Of a stretch of 64,000 nt of DNA, positions 10,926-25,022 are shown piece after piece. This stretch comes from Podarcis pityusensis (Eukaryota): the NCBI GenBank assembly GCA_964106645.2, contig OZ067038.1; one strand, written 5' to 3'. Position 1 is the first letter of the stretch. Each line of letters begins with the position of its first letter. A program made the translations under genes and the position numbers. Below the pieces are notes generated by a model. That model worked only from the letters and a program-made list of their open reading frames with translations, ran no database searches and was not told where the DNA came from.

Positions 10926-12839
10926 GAATCCAATTGTACAATATTGTAATTATGTTGTGGTGTGACTTTTGTCTGCATCTACTTGGCTTTGTAAGATAGA
11001 GGAAAATATATTACACCAGGTGGTTTTGAGTGAAATCCAAACCCTTCACCTATCCTCTGTGTTTCTTAGTAAGATCTTTGAAAAAGAGTGTCATCTTGCA
11101 TTGCTTCCCTTTGGAGAGATAAAAAGTGACTCATTACCTAGTCTCACTTTAATATTTTAGACAGATGAAGAGACAAAAGGCAGGATCAAGAGAGTTGTGT
11201 ACATTAATATGGGAGGAGATGCAGAGGTGGGTGGGGGAGGAAGGTTTTGGCAACATGCTTAAAGCAAAGGTAATGGAATCAAAATTGTGAACTTTTGATT
11301 CAAAATATCCTTCAAAAAGAATATCGGACAAACGAGCACATCAGATGCTTATTATTTTATAGCCCTTTTTGGGTGTTCAAAACCACTCGCTGAAATCAAC
11401 AATTGCACTTTTCATTTGAAAAGCCAATCAGAATCTCCAAGGCCTACTTGAGTAGGGTGATATTAAGCCAACTCTATTTGATCAGAGTAGACCCATTACA
11501 ATTAATTAACATGACTAAGTTTCAATGAATCTATGTTGAGTGAAACTTTGTTGAATACCACCCATAATATTTTTGTTTTTAAAAAAACACCCACCATTTT
11601 TCTTAAAATTGAGTTATGTCCTGTTGGTTTATTTATATCCTACCTTTCTAACATTTGCCTAAAGTACGTCAATTATTAAAACACATGTGCAATGCATAAA
11701 TTGACATAAAAGTCATAAAAGAGATTACAAACCCTTGGGGGGAAGGGGAGTAAGGGTGCCTCCACTGAAAAGACTCAACCTCAGATAAATAAGGGAGTTC
11801 AAACGAGACTCCAACTGACGACCTAAATGAACTGGGTGGGGTGCTGGGGAGATTGACTAAATAAAAAAATTCACTATACATCTTGGTTAAGTTTAAACTT
11901 GTATAATATTCAACCAGCATCGAAAACATATCCAAAACAGCATTGTAAATCTCTGAAAAGAAAACCTCAATTGTGATCAATAGTTGTTTTCTGTTGCTGT
12001 TAAGGGAATGGGGTAACATAAAGCATTTCTGCATAATCTACAATAGCCTGAACTGGAAAATTTATCTGAAAAACTGAACAGGACTATAATGGCTTTTAGG
12101 TACTTGGCTAGTGAAAACCTATGGGAAGTTTCCTGCTAGGTTAGTTAATCCTTCATAGAACAGTGTTTTTTGAAACCCACGCTCAGCCTTTTTATCCTCC
12201 GGTTCTAAGTTATTACATAAAGACCCTTTTAACATACATTATTGAAAATTCTTATTACAGTCAAGTCATCTTAGTGAATTAGATTAAATCTCCCCAACAG
12301 AAAATAAGGTATTATAACACATTCGCTGGTATTGCAAAGGTCTGTTAGAACCGAGGCTTGGGTACTTTACTGTGTTCAAACGAAGTGTCCCGAGAAAATA
12401 ATTGAGTGAGAAATGAACTTAGAAGAACCAACAGTATTTAGAACTGAACAAATTACTGAGCAAAATTGCTTTGCCATGAAATCTTATACTCGTTGTCAAA
12501 GATGTTTAGTCTACTTGGAAGGTTTGATCTAAAAGGGCTCTATTCAGAGCAAATTTCATTTTCCATGGGTGTTGGACACACAGACTCCAAGAGGCTTCTG
12601 TAAGCTTGGCTCTTTCGGATCTGAATCTTGATCCTGGAGCCAAATATTTCTGGGCACTCCTCCTGAGGACTTTGGCTCAAGGCTTTGGCAAAAGCCACTA
12701 AACCAAAGCTGCGAGCACTGAACTGCTCCTGCCTACATTCCTTTTTATGGATGAGGGCATATATTGATAAGCTTGCAAGGCAGTGACACCTAGAAAATTT
12801 ACTTGGGAAATATCACTGCAATGTGATTTGAAAACTGTA

Positions 12840-13098
12840 CAGTGGTACCTCGGGTTAAGAACTTAATTCGTTCCGGAGATCTGTTCTTAACCTGAAACTG
12901 TTCTTAACCTGAAACTGTTCTTAACCTGAAGCACCACTTTAGCTAATGGGGCCTCCCACTGCCGCCGCGTCACTGGAACATGATTTCTGTTCTCATCCTG
13001 AAGCAAAGTTCTTAACCCGAGGTACTATTTCTGGGTTAGCGGAGTCTGTAACCTTAAGCGTCTGTAACCTGAAATGTATGCAACCCGAGGTACCACTG
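12840..13098. mobile_element. Tc1/mariner (Tigger/pogo-like) MITE
   Basis: 17-bp perfect TIR cagtggtacctcgggtt / aacccgaggtaccactg, flanked by TA on both sides. Internal 17-bp unit ctgttcttaacctgaa(a) repeated three times. Confidence 0.9.
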
Positions 13099-13234
13099 TA
13101 CTTGTTCACTTCAGTTTCACCTTTGACATTCATGTCATTGGCCTATCAACTGAATATCAAAAGCTGGAGTGATAAGAAAATTGACGTGATACCCATCTTC
13201 TAGACATGGGTGGGAGATACAATGATAGTATGTT

Positions 13235-13840
13235 CTGGTAACCTCTAGGTTAGATAACTGCAACACATTATACATAGGGCTGCCTCTGAAGATGGTTCAG
13301 AAACTCCAGCTGGTGCATAATTTGGCAGCCAGGCTGCCCAGCAGGGCAAGACGGTCTGAGTATATTATACCGATCCTGGCCTGACTGCACTGGCTGCCAA
13401 TGAGTTTCCGGGCCCAATTCAAAGTCCTGGTTTTGACCTATAAAGCCTCAATTGGCACATGACCACAGTACCTCATATGAACTTACCCAGACCTTGCAAT
13501 CGTCATCTGAGGCCCTTCTTTGGGTGCCTCCTCCATGAGAGGTCCAGAGGGTGGCAACTCAGGAACAGGCCTTTTCTGTGGTGGCTCCCTGTTTGTGGAA
13601 TGCTCTCCCCCTAAGAGGCTCACCTGGCCCATTCATTACATGTATTTAGGTGCCAGGCAAAAACGTTTCTCTTCAACCAGGCATTTGGCTGATTGAGCGT
13701 TTTATAGCCTTTTGAATGTGTCTTTGGGAAGGACGTTATTTGGTTGTTCTTGTTTTTGCTTTATTATGGATTTTGTATTTTTTATGTTGTGATCTTTGGA
13801 TGAAGGGCAGTGTGCAAATATAATAATAATAATAATAATT
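13235..13840 (+). mobile_element. L2 LINE 3' fragment
   Basis: Encodes degraded L2 motifs (GLPLKMVQKLQLVH, LHWLP, FKVLVLTYKAL, AFSVVAP.LWNALP). (AAT)n tail. Confidence 0.85.
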
Positions 13841-14714
13841 TATTATTTATACCACGCCCATAAATAATAAATGTAAAATAATAATGCAGTGACAACAGAA
13901 AGGGTCTTTGCAGTTGTGGCCCCCATCTATGGAACTCTCTCCCCAGAAAGGTCCACCTGATACCTGCATTAGCTTTCTGTTTGTACCATAATGTTTAGCT
14001 CTTTTCTCAGGCGTTTGAGTGTTTATGATAAGCGTGCTTACTGCTGTTTCTGTGTGTGCATTGTTTTTCTTTGGGGGCAGGGGGCAGGGAGGGCTCTGTT
14101 TTATTGTTAAGCTCAATGGTTGCTTTTTAAGCATGTGTGTAAGTTGCCTTGAGACGTCTTGTATAAGTCGACTTAGCGGCAACTTGAAATACCGGTAATG
14201 ATTTTTCGAAGGTCATCAAGGGAACTTCATTGCTAAGCAGAATCTGAACTACAATCTCTCCACCCTGTCCAAAATCCTAACCACTTCACTATATTGGCAT
14301 CATCAAATATTACATAGCAGTAACTGAAGCAGAATATAATTATGTTTCCAAACAGTTGGAAATCTAAAACCCTCCAACACAGGAAAAGAGCAGAGGAAGT
14401 GTTTCTGAAGGTCTACTATAGCACAATTAACCCACATTGTCCCAAAATGGCCAAAACCTGTCCAGCATGAACACTGTTTATTTAGTTACTCTATTTAATT
14501 TCTAGATGGCCCAATTACTTGAGTTTAGGAAGTTGGGTAATTCTTTTACATCATAACACTCCAAAACCAGAGTAGATTAAAATATGCATTAAGTCACCAG
14601 GATCATAAAGGCCCTGGACAACAATGACTGAATTAGATGCCTGGATGAAAACCCCATTTTAGGAAACCCAGTTGTTGCTGAATCCATAAGGGTTGGGTGG
14701 GTAAAGGTGACTTA

Positions 14715-15318
14715 CCGTATTTTTTGCTCCATAAGATGCACTTTTTTCCTCCTAAAAAGTAAGGGGAAATGTCTGTGCGTCTTACAGAGTGAATGCATGG
14801 TCCCTGGAGCCAAATTGCCCAGGGGCGAAAAGCAGATCATGCTTTTTTTTTTTTAGAAAGAGGGAAGGGGGGTTGAAACAAAGCCGCTGAGCAGCTGATC
14901 GGCAAGCGATCGGGAGGGAGATAAGGGACACTAGCGATAAAAGAGGGTGCCTGGGAGGGGGGAAGGTAAAAGCACATGGATCCTCAGGATTTTTGCATTG
15001 GGTCACCCCAAATTCACCATCAGATCACATAGCATATCCATGGCTATAGCCTGCACCAAAAAATCATGCATCCACTGTTTTGTGGAGCCGCAATGGCACA
15101 AAAACGTGGTTACAAAGCACAGATCCACATGGATCCTCAGGATTTTTGCATTGGGCTACCCCAAACTCACCGTCAAATCACATGTCTGTGGCCACAGCAT
15201 GAACCACAAAAATCATACATCCACTGTTTCGTTCAGAATACTTTTTTTTCTTGTTTTCCTCCTCTAAAAACTAGGTGCATCTTATGGTCAGGTGCATCTT
15301 ATGGAGCGAAAAATACAG
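14715..15318. mobile_element. Tc1/mariner-type MITE
   Basis: TIR ccgtattttttgctccataagatgcac / gtgcatcttatggagcgaaaaatacag. TA at the left end. Internal direct repeat at ~14973-15080 and ~15127-15230. Confidence 0.8.
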
Positions 15319-16785
15319 AAATTGCTTCCTTCTGCTTGCAGCTTTCCAACTAGCCTGCGTCATGCATATTTGTAGTGGTTAATCCAGATTTCTAGACCTG
15401 CATCAGCTATTGAACCCCTGCTTCAGCAATAGCAAAGCCAGATTCAACATCTTCTAACATTTCTAGAAAATACTTAGGCCTATGCTTCGTTGATTTGCCA
15501 AGGAAAAGGTATTCCAGGATTGTTAGAGCACCACAAAGAATGTCCCTTGGGATCCCTGGGACAGGGATGGAATAATCAAAGGCTATTTTTTGAGATTGAT
15601 TTGCAAGGTCACCATGCACAGAGGGGAGAGGAAGTACCTTCTCAGGTGTTCAAATAGCACAAAGTGATATTTAAAAGAATGACACCCTGCCTTCTTACCC
15701 ACAACTGTGAAGTTTGCACAATATCTTTGTTGAACGTAAAGCACGTGAGGCAAATAGAGGAGCAAATATTTTGCCGAAAGTTCAGCTTGAAGCAAACAAC
15801 TGTGGTTATCAGAAAGCAACGTTTTGGAAGGGTCTTCTTGCAGACAAGCAAATACGCACAAGATGTAACATGAATGTAAAGCACACATGGCTGAACAAGA
15901 GGAGACATGCATTCCTTACTGAAATGATGGACTCTGCCTGATGGAGATCACAGCAGGCCTTGATTAATAGCTTTGACTTCTCAGTTGTCTGGGTCTTAAA
16001 AAAAAAAAAAAAGCAACCTAGCACAGGCATTAGGTGATCATTGATTCCTTCCCAAGTGGATGGTGGTAATAATCAACATCAGCACATCTGCCAACATTTA
16101 TTTAAATTCATCCAGAATGAATGAGCATGGAAACTGAATCACCTTGACCTCTCCTACTAGATCCCATTAAGATACAGCTGCCTGAGAGTTAAGTTATTGG
16201 TATACCAAGGTGGTGCAGTCCTGAAATGATGAGACCCGGTGCTTTACACCAACGTGCATTCCACTGAAACTCTGCACACTTACCAAGGAGTATGTGTTCA
16301 ATGGGACTTATGTCTGAGTACGCATGCATAGGATAGTGTTATAAATGGGGTTAAAAACAGCCCCATACAATCCAAAACCCACGTGTCAAACGTACCATGA
16401 CCATGAGGCTTAGAAGGTCAAGTCATATGAAGAAAGGCTAGAGGAACCAGGTATATTAGAGAAAAGAATATTAAATATTATGGGGACACAAGATGGTCCT
16501 TTTCGCTTTAGAAAGCTTGGTGATAGCAAGTCCAGGCTTCCTCTGCTCCTTCTCCTTCCTGCTGCTACAGCCCCATCCTCCACACCAACTCACAGTGGGG
16601 TCCTGAACCCAGAAGCTACATGGTGGCCAGAGGATTATGCAGTAATGACATAATCCTGTCCAGTGCTTTTGCGTACTCAAGGGTATTCAAAACCGGTACC
16701 TTTTTTATAGAATAAAAGCACTGGTTAAAAGTGTAGCATGTACTATAATAACTTCATGGTGACTATTGGCACTGGTCCTGTCTCT

Positions 16786-16787
<2 letters not shown>

Positions 16788-16822
<35 letters not shown>

Positions 16823-16832
16823 TGCGCGCGTG
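16788..16832. repeat. (TG)n/(CG)n microsatellite
   Basis: Direct observation. Confidence 0.95.
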
Positions 16833-19115
16833 CACCTGCCCACCATAGAATGCATATTGTTTTAGTTTTCCCCAGTAGCATAGTGGCAAATTCAGAAGTT
16901 GGGGGTTCATTATATTCACAGTCTTGTCCCCTTGGAGTGATGCTCCCTTCTAAGATTATACAACCTTCTAAGATTATACAATAATCCTTTTTTATAGAAG
17001 AAGAATAAGGGCTGTTGCAATGATCAATGCAGATCTCCATGTGTTGCTTTTCAGCTATTTTTATGGGCACATTCATGGGCAAATCACTTAGAGTGCTCAA
17101 ATATCTTATTCTGGAGTGTGCTTTCCTCAAAGTTCTTTTGCATGTTAACAGAACTTGCACACCAGTCTCTTGAAACCTTGTGTTTTCAGCATTCCTAAAT
17201 GCTTAGCTTTGGAGCATACAAAACAACTCCTTTGTGTTTTTTCCCTCCACACTCCTTTTCCAGAGTTACTCTAGGAGCCAATCTTCGGTGGTGACTCATC
17301 TCCTCTCTGATTGGCTCTAATCAGCACAAAGCATGAGAAGACTTCATCTCAGTGGCGAAAAAGCTCCCCGTGGATGCTGATTGGACAGCTCTAAGAGACC
17401 TGAGACAGGGATCTACTATAGATATAGTAAGGGGTCTTTGGCCTGCTGTGACCCTGCACCTCTGGTTTTCCCACTCTCAAACCACCACCTCTATGATCTG
17501 CAAGTTCTTGTGCATCTTCAAGGGTAGAGCAAACTTCAGTGATAAGGAAGGCATATTGATAGTGACTGTGTCCTCCCACTCGCTCAAGCAACTCTGCTCT
17601 AAGAGCTGTAGCAGCTAGTAACCATTAAGAACTTGCCGCCCCAAAGTTATGTGGAGGACAACTTTGACTACAGCCATACGCCAAGGCCAGCACTGTGTCG
17701 TTTGCTACCCTGACAAAGTATTGTACTTTCTGGTTGAACAAACTGCTGCCAAGGACACAGACGAGGCTAGCTGGAAAACAGCACTGTTGGTGTCGAAGCT
17801 CTGCTCCTTTCATTTTACATTTCCCTCCTTTCATCGGGGTTTAGCATGTATGCACTTGACTGGGGATTAACAGGATTGTTCAAGTGAGCTAGGATGGAAA
17901 ACTAAAGGGGGTGGGAGAGCAGGAAACAGCCTGAAGACAACTTAAGATGTGAATTTTCTTGGCTCAAGCTTTGAAGATAAAACAGTGCCCCAGGGACTAG
18001 TGCAAAAAATAATAATAATAATAAAGCTTTCGATTAGGCATCAGCCATAAACTGACCAGCGTCCAATCAGATTTGTTCTACTCTGTTTCATCGGAACTGC
18101 AATATGCTAATGTCTTTGTGATTTTTAAAGTCGCACGGCTTCATCTTCATATTTCTCTACTGCGGAACATATGCATCTTTCCCCCCCAGTCATTTGCAGT
18201 GACACGATCAAGGCTAACTCAAATCTAGCTTCCTGTGTATTTTGTTGACATTGTGCTTTTGCCAACACACTGGAAAAAGACCTGAGACACGTAGGTTATA
18301 TTTATTAAAATATAACAAACCAGTGGATTGACACAACCAACCATATTAATCCAAATGATCAAATCCAATATGTCTGGGCAGGTGAAAGTGGATTCTATCC
18401 CACCACTCATATGCTGGTAACAAGGTAACAACGGTAACAAGGGATTGGTAAGAATCCTCCCTCCCCGCTGTGTGAAACTTGGGCATCTGACCCTGACAAG
18501 CACATTGTGGCCCAGTTGGCCAACGTTCACCCAAGTGAGCCTGCCAGGATCAACCCCATAATTGTGAATTCCTTAAATCCTCTCACCTGCCTGGACTGAA
18601 TACCAGTTGGACCACAGTAAAGAACAAAACTTCAGGCACACAGAGAGCACCCAACAGTTTGGAGTAGAGGCCAGCAGTCTTCAACCTTTTCAGACCCAGG
18701 AACCACTTTTAACCAGAACATGCATTTGGGGACCCATGTCTCAATCTTCTACCATATATTTGCATGGCAGTAGTGCTCCTGTTGTGACTCACCTTGGATC
18801 AGGCCATGACCCACTAGTGGGTCCCAAATCACCAGCTGAAGATCAGTGGAGTAGGTGAAAAAGAGGAGCCCCAAGAGCCAGTTAGGGGCTCCCTTCCAAA
18901 TTCCAATTCAACCCCCCCTAAAAAAGGGCAACTAGCAAAGCCCACACTGCAAAGGGCAGGAGGGAGGGTGCTGAATGAAAAAGAGGGAAAACTTCAAAAA
19001 AGCCCGGTTTCTTCCTGTTCTCTATTGGGGAACAAGCCTCACATGGTAACCTACATTCCTCCCCCCAACTGAACAAACTCTCCTTTTCTTTTGGAAGATG
19101 AGGATATGGCAAATA

Positions 19116-19469
19116 CAGTGGTGCCTCACAAGACAAAATTAATTCGTTCTGCGAGTTTTTTCGTCTTGCGAATTTTTCGTCTTGCAAAGCACGGTTTCCC
19201 AAAGTCTTCAAAATCACCAAAGTCTTCAAAAACCTCAAAAAAGGCTACCACACCACATGCTATGAGTTGCTCCTCGAAGTCACCCTGGGTATTAACGGTT
19301 TTAAGAAAAAGGAAACAAACTTGCAAGATGTTTTCGTTTTTTTCGTTTTTCATCTTGCGAAGCAAGCCCATAGGGAAATTCGTCTTGCGAAGCAACTCAA
19401 AAAACGAAAAACTCTTTCGTCTTGCGAGTTTTTCGTCTTGCGAGGCATTCGTCTTGCAAGGTACCACTG
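19116..19469. mobile_element. Tc1/mariner (Tigger-like) MITE
   Basis: TIR cagtggtgcctcacaagac / gtcttgcaaggtaccactg with TA on both sides. Many internal ttcgtcttgcga repeats. Confidence 0.85.
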
Positions 19470-21174
19470 TAAAAGGAGGGGGCAAACTCTACCAATTTTT
19501 CAATCTCTCCATATTCATTGGCTGCTGCTTCTCCTTTTTAAAGTTAAACGTCTCTATGGATATAAACTTCATCTATATTTCCGCTGTTTCATTCATTTCA
19601 TATCGCATGCACGCATGCACACACATGCTCCTATAAGGTTAGACGCGTGAAGAAATTCTATTTGAAAGCCTCCCTTTCTCATGCCCACATTGCTGGCATA
19701 AGCATAAGGATGCTGACCAAAAAGTCATCTAAAATAATATCTTAGCCCTCTTCAAGCCTTCAAAAGAATGTGTGAGGGTATAACCTGGGGAGGCACATGG
19801 ATGCAACCTCTGCAGCTGCCTTGTGTTCCCACTACTTTGGAACTTTGAAGAAAAGTTAGACTTTGATGAAAAGTCTGGAAGGGAGCTTTCAAGCCCATTT
19901 GGCTGAAGGTAGTTGCCAGCAATATCATAGCTGAGGACCATATTTAGGCAGGCTGCCAAATCATAGGGAAGCTTAATTGTTTAAAGTAATCATGTTATTC
20001 TTTCTTGTAAACCACAGGGAGGTTTTACTATAATCACGTGGTATATAAATTTTGTTAAATAAAAAAATAAATTTAAAATATGCATAATTTACATTAACAT
20101 CACCCCAACAGGCAGTGCGATGAAGAATGTCATTTTTGGCAGAAGCTGAACCACAGCGGAATGGAGACAGTGCTGTGTGTGATGAATACAACGGAAAGCG
20201 ATGCCTCCTTACAAGCCCTTTTCAGAACTTCCTTCTCATCTTGCACATGCCCCAGAAAAGCTTTCGTGTGCTTTTTTTAAATGTTGGAATGTGGCTTTTA
20301 TAAGTTTTTCATGCTTACGTATATGGCTTTAAAGAATCCATAGTGTGAAGATTTTTATAAAACATGTTTCTAGTAGGGTGGCGTCTGTGAGAGGAAATCT
20401 TCAAAAGCAACATAAACCTTTTCCGCCTAAGGTCAGTCTCTTTTGCTTTTCAAAATATGGGTGATTATTTTATTTTGTTTTATTGGCAAGAGTCCATCTC
20501 TGCCCTTTTTGAAGTGGAAAAGAGCATGATGTGGCTTCACAGAGGATCAGGGAGACTTGGGTTTGAGGCATTTAGGCTGCAGTCCCAAATATACTTACTA
20601 GAGAGTAGGCTCCATTGCAGACAGTGAGAGATACATCCAAGCAAACAGGCATAGGATTATACCGTCTGACGGAACTATTTATTCAGGAATGGGCTGTCAG
20701 GGCTAGACATTAATTTACCTGTGTTCCGACCACCGCTTTGTGACGCCTCTGCACCACACGACATGTTGTCATCACACAGTGTGCAGTCCTGTTGCCATTT
20801 CAGAACACCCACAGCACGAATAAAGGCCATTTAATAAGTTTCAAGTTATTAAATGGTGTTACTTCTTGCTGAACAATTGGGTAGAACTTGGCCTGCACAT
20901 ATTTCCTTGCAGAAGTCATTTGTTCAGCAAACGCAGTCTTGTAAGAATGATTTTCTTGGGGCTCCGGGGGTTGTATTTGGTGTTAGTCCTACTCAGAGTA
21001 GACCCACTGAAATTATTGGCCGTGATTAATTAAGAAGAGCCTGCTGCATCAGGCCAATGGGCCATCTAGTTTCGCATCCTGTTACCCCACCCACTTCTAT
21101 CTCTCTCTGCTATCTTCATTTCCCTGTTTTTTCTACCCACATGAAATCTCGCCGAGGGATGCTTGTTGCCCACC

Positions 21175-21175
<1 letters not shown>

Positions 21176-21214
<39 letters not shown>

Positions 21215-21427
21215 TTATTTATTTATTTATACCCTGCCCATCTGGCTGGGTTTCCCCAGCCACTCTGGGCGGCTTCCAACAAAACACTAAAATACAATAA
21301 CCTATTAAACATTAAAAGCTTCCCTAAACAGGGCTGCCTTCAGACGTCTTCTAAAAGTTTGGTAGTTATTTTTCTCTTTGACATCTGATGGGAGGGCGTT
21401 GCACAGGGTGGGTGCCACTACCGAGAA
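21176..21427 (-). mobile_element. Young L2 LINE 3' end with (ATT)n tail
   Basis: The minus frame gives FSVVAPTLCNALPSDVKEKNNYQTFRRRLKAALFREAFNV. Homologous to 24527-24706. Confidence 0.9.
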
Positions 21428-24283
21428 TCCAAGCCTGGTAAAAATTCTCCAATTCTCTTCCACCTGATCAGCCTCTAAGCTCCCTCTTTCCCATCTCCCT
21501 CTCCAACTCCATATTTCAGGGCTGACGTGGCATTCTTCCCCCCCCCCCATAAAAAGGACAATGTTATCAGACAATATTTTTTATTATTATTTATGTGCCC
21601 TATCCTGCCCTTTCAAGCTGCAATTGGCTGCAAGTTTGAGAAGTATATGCATTTCAACTTCTGCTGAAACATTTCAAAGAGGAAGGTGTGTGTGTGTGTG
21701 TGTTTTGGGGAAGGGAGAGGGGCTGCATTATCCTGGGAATTTGTGGCATCGAGTCAGAATTGTTCTCTCACACGTGCAGAAAAGGAAAACTGCGCACCTT
21801 AAATATCACAATTGTTTTACAAAGCTAGAAGAGATAATATTCAGGGTAGAAATTTATAGATACATGAAACAGTGGTTTCCCCTCCCATTTTGAACCAAAT
21901 TTTGTGTGTTCAGGCAAATCAAGACAAATAATACAAATACTTCTGAAACTGCCTTTAAAAGAGGTGACGATGAGCACTTTGATGGCTTTTTGCTGTCAGA
22001 TGCTCCAGTTTCATTCTCTTTTGTTTAAAGCGCGTACCAACAATGGCTTCTAGCATGATAGTTTCTCTTTGTCCCCTCAGTGTCTGCTTAGCTGTAGTGC
22101 TCTGTGGTGTGAACTGTAGTTTAACGTCTTGCTGACTCTGAGGTGAAAGAGCAGACGGTGTCGTAACCTAAATAAATATGCTGATGTCCAAGGTCGTTCT
22201 CAATGGGCCAACATATTTTGTTTTACTTTACTTATTAGAATATTTGTGTGCTACCCCTTAACATAAAGTTCTCCAAACGGCTTGCAAAAAGGAAGGGTAA
22301 AAACAATTTCAATACAAATACATGAATTCAAAATCAAAATGAAAATACAATAGGCAAACCAGATTCACTGCAAGCTAGGTTTTCCATTATGCACTGTATT
22401 AAATGCACGCTGCGCTGTTTCCATTCCACTGCGTTCGACTTCCGCCAAAAACTGCTTTTTTGGTCTTGCTATCTGCGTGGTGAAATTGTGTGGTGGTAAT
22501 TTGTTTAATTAATGACATTAATTAGGTTCATTACATTGCCATTGCATGGTTTCACTCCATTCATTTCAATGTAAAGGAAAGACAATGCGAATCAGGGAGA
22601 CAAAAAGCATTGTTTGCAGACAGAAAGCAACAATAACACTAAATGCTGATTGTATTCAATAGCTTGATTTCCATTCCAGAAGTGGGACAAATAAGCAAGC
22701 ATTAGCTATTTCCACTCTTGTTTCTCCTTTTGTCAGGATTCTCAGACATCCGTACCTCAACATTAAAGCCAGGATTTCAGAATTATTTTCCCAGAAAAAA
22801 GAAGCTGTTCGGCAGAATTTTCTCTGAATATTTCTTGTGGTAGCTGCCACCCTGAATTCCCTTTAATGCCCAGTTGAGAAGCAAAATGAAAACAATTGCA
22901 CATCTTAGGGGAAAAGCAATAAACTATGCCTTTGCTAATAGTGAGTCCCAAGTCACAGAAACCCCCTGAAGAAGTATGGTGCAATGGTCCAGCCACAAAT
23001 AGGATGGATATTTCCAAAAGGGCACCAGGGCACAGTCCTAAACAAAATAATCCAATTTTAAACAATAAAAACTAAATTTCCAGAGACTGTCTAATGACCA
23101 TAATCAAAACTGCAATTGTCTTACCAAATTCAAAAGATTTGAAATTTGACTCTATTAAGCCCGACAGATGAAAAGTTCACCACCACCAATTCATTCCAGC
23201 TGTACCCCATTTTGAAATTCAGATTGAAATATAATTAAAAAACGAAAACAAAACACCAATGGCGGAACGTCGTGAATTTCTCACACTTTGCCAGAGATCC
23301 CTGTTACGCTGTAGCTCTTTATTTATGCCTGTTTTGCAGACAGCAGAGAGTGTTCTTGCCATGCATTACCCTCATTATGTTCCTTCCTGGAAACCTAAGA
23401 CCTTCTGCATCCTTCTTCCAAAGCATTTTAATATGCAGCAGAACAAAAAGATGACACTGTCACTGATGCCATAATTGCAAATCGCTCATGTAAAATATAT
23501 ATGCATATTATATATACATGCATATAAAAGAAAAGGTGGGAAGGGAAAGAAAAGGCGAAAGGAATACGTGGCCTGTTAAGTGCTAATATATCTCCCCGAT
23601 ATATTTGTGTGCTGAATCTGAATGCCTTTTCATCAGTGGCATTCAGGACGCATTCAGGACGTACCAGACACACCAGGAAGAACCAGAGGGTGGGAATTGG
23701 CTCTCTGTGTCTGCAGACCATGGTCCCTGACCCAGACCTCATGACCTCTCTATGTGAAGCATTATACATACTGCCTGGTGCAGCCAGTACAAGCCTGTTA
23801 TTCAGCTTCTGCTGGTGTTCCTATGCAGTTTCGAGAAGCATTCCAATGGCAATACAAAAGGGGGGAAATTATTCACAAACCCACCCTCTTTTGATTATAT
23901 GATTCACCAGCTCTTTAGAGTCAGCTGGTGGCAGATGGGCAAGTGTGAAAATTTCTATTTGTGATCTCACACTATATAATGAGCCGCACAAGCCACCACT
24001 GGAATTGCAACTTTTTAAAGAGAGAGGAAGAAAGAGAGAAAGAGAGAGAGATCACTTTTTGTATTGGGTTACTTGCCCATAGGTTTACTTAGTTTAAGGC
24101 TTAAGAGGAATGGCAACTGGATGTCTTTGCTGAGGTTTTCCAGAAGCAGTTGAGGTGGCACAGAAGCACATCGGGCAGTCTAGCTTCCTCCTACTTGGGC
24201 AAGAGCTATAATTCTGTCAGCTACTATTTTTTTGGAAGTGCAGAATGCAAGGTCCACCATGCTACCAATGGAATTGAAAAAAC

Positions 24284-24284
<1 letters not shown>

Positions 24285-24341
<57 letters not shown>
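24285..24341. repeat. (GAAA)n microsatellite
   Basis: Direct observation. Confidence 0.95.
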
Positions 24342-24342
<1 letters not shown>

Positions 24343-24526
24343 ATTGTAGGAACAAAACCACCAAACAAATGGCAGTTAAAACATTCTAATTTTGCCATTT
24401 CTTAGCGAAACACAAAAGTTTTGCTAAGAAATTCAAGTTTTGAAAGTTTGAAGTTGTCTTTATTTGTTGTGTTCCACCTTCTCAACTCGCTTTGAGATTT
24501 TTTCTTTTGTATGATAAATGTTAAAC

Positions 24527-24706
24527 CAGGCAGAGGGCCTTCTCGGTAGTGGCGCCTGCCCTGTGGAACGCCCTCCCATCAGATGTCAAGGAAATAAACA
24601 ACTATCTGACTTTTAGAAGACATCTGAAGGCAGCCCTGTTCAGGGAAATTTTTAATGTTTGGTGTTTTATCGTGTTTTTAATATTCTGTTGGGAGCTGCC
24701 CAGAGT
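24527..24706 (+). mobile_element. Young L2 LINE 3' end
   Basis: APALWNALPSDVKEINNYLTFRRHLKAALFREIFNV. Confidence 0.9.
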
Positions 24707-24832
24707 GGTTGTTGTTGTTGTTGTTGTTATTATTATTATGAAGAAGAAGAATCACAGTATACAATGAACAAGAGGCTCTTGGGGCAAGAAAATCAATAAA
24801 GGATTGGATAGAATCACGGGAGTCATCTTGGA

Positions 24833-25022
24833 GGGAAGAGTCCTAACTCAGTGATGGAGCATATAATTTGCCTACACAAGGACCTACGTTTCACCCCTGG
24901 CATCTCCAGGTAGGACATGGGAAAACTTCTGCCTGAAACCCTGGAGAGTCACTGCCAGTCAGTGCAGTAGGCAACGCTGAGCCCCACAAACCGATGGTCT
25001 GATAAGGCAGCTTTCTGCATTC
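24833..25022 (+). mobile_element. Old tRNA-derived SINE
   Basis: Degenerate A/B-box head plus the body gaaaccctggagagtcactgccagtcagtg, shared with 51672-51846, 55893-56070 and 38068-38197. Confidence 0.6.

Noticed and set aside
12300-12600. Short peptides (GLYS, WTHR) reminiscent of hepadnavirus polymerase terminal protein
   Set aside because: They lie in different frames with many stops, and none of the other expected motifs is present. This is not enough to call an endogenous viral element.
19150-19460. Regularly recurring ttcgtcttgcga motif, superficially array-like
   Set aside because: These are subterminal repeats inside a TA-flanked MITE. The DNA is eukaryotic, with no CRISPR-type spacers or cas genes.
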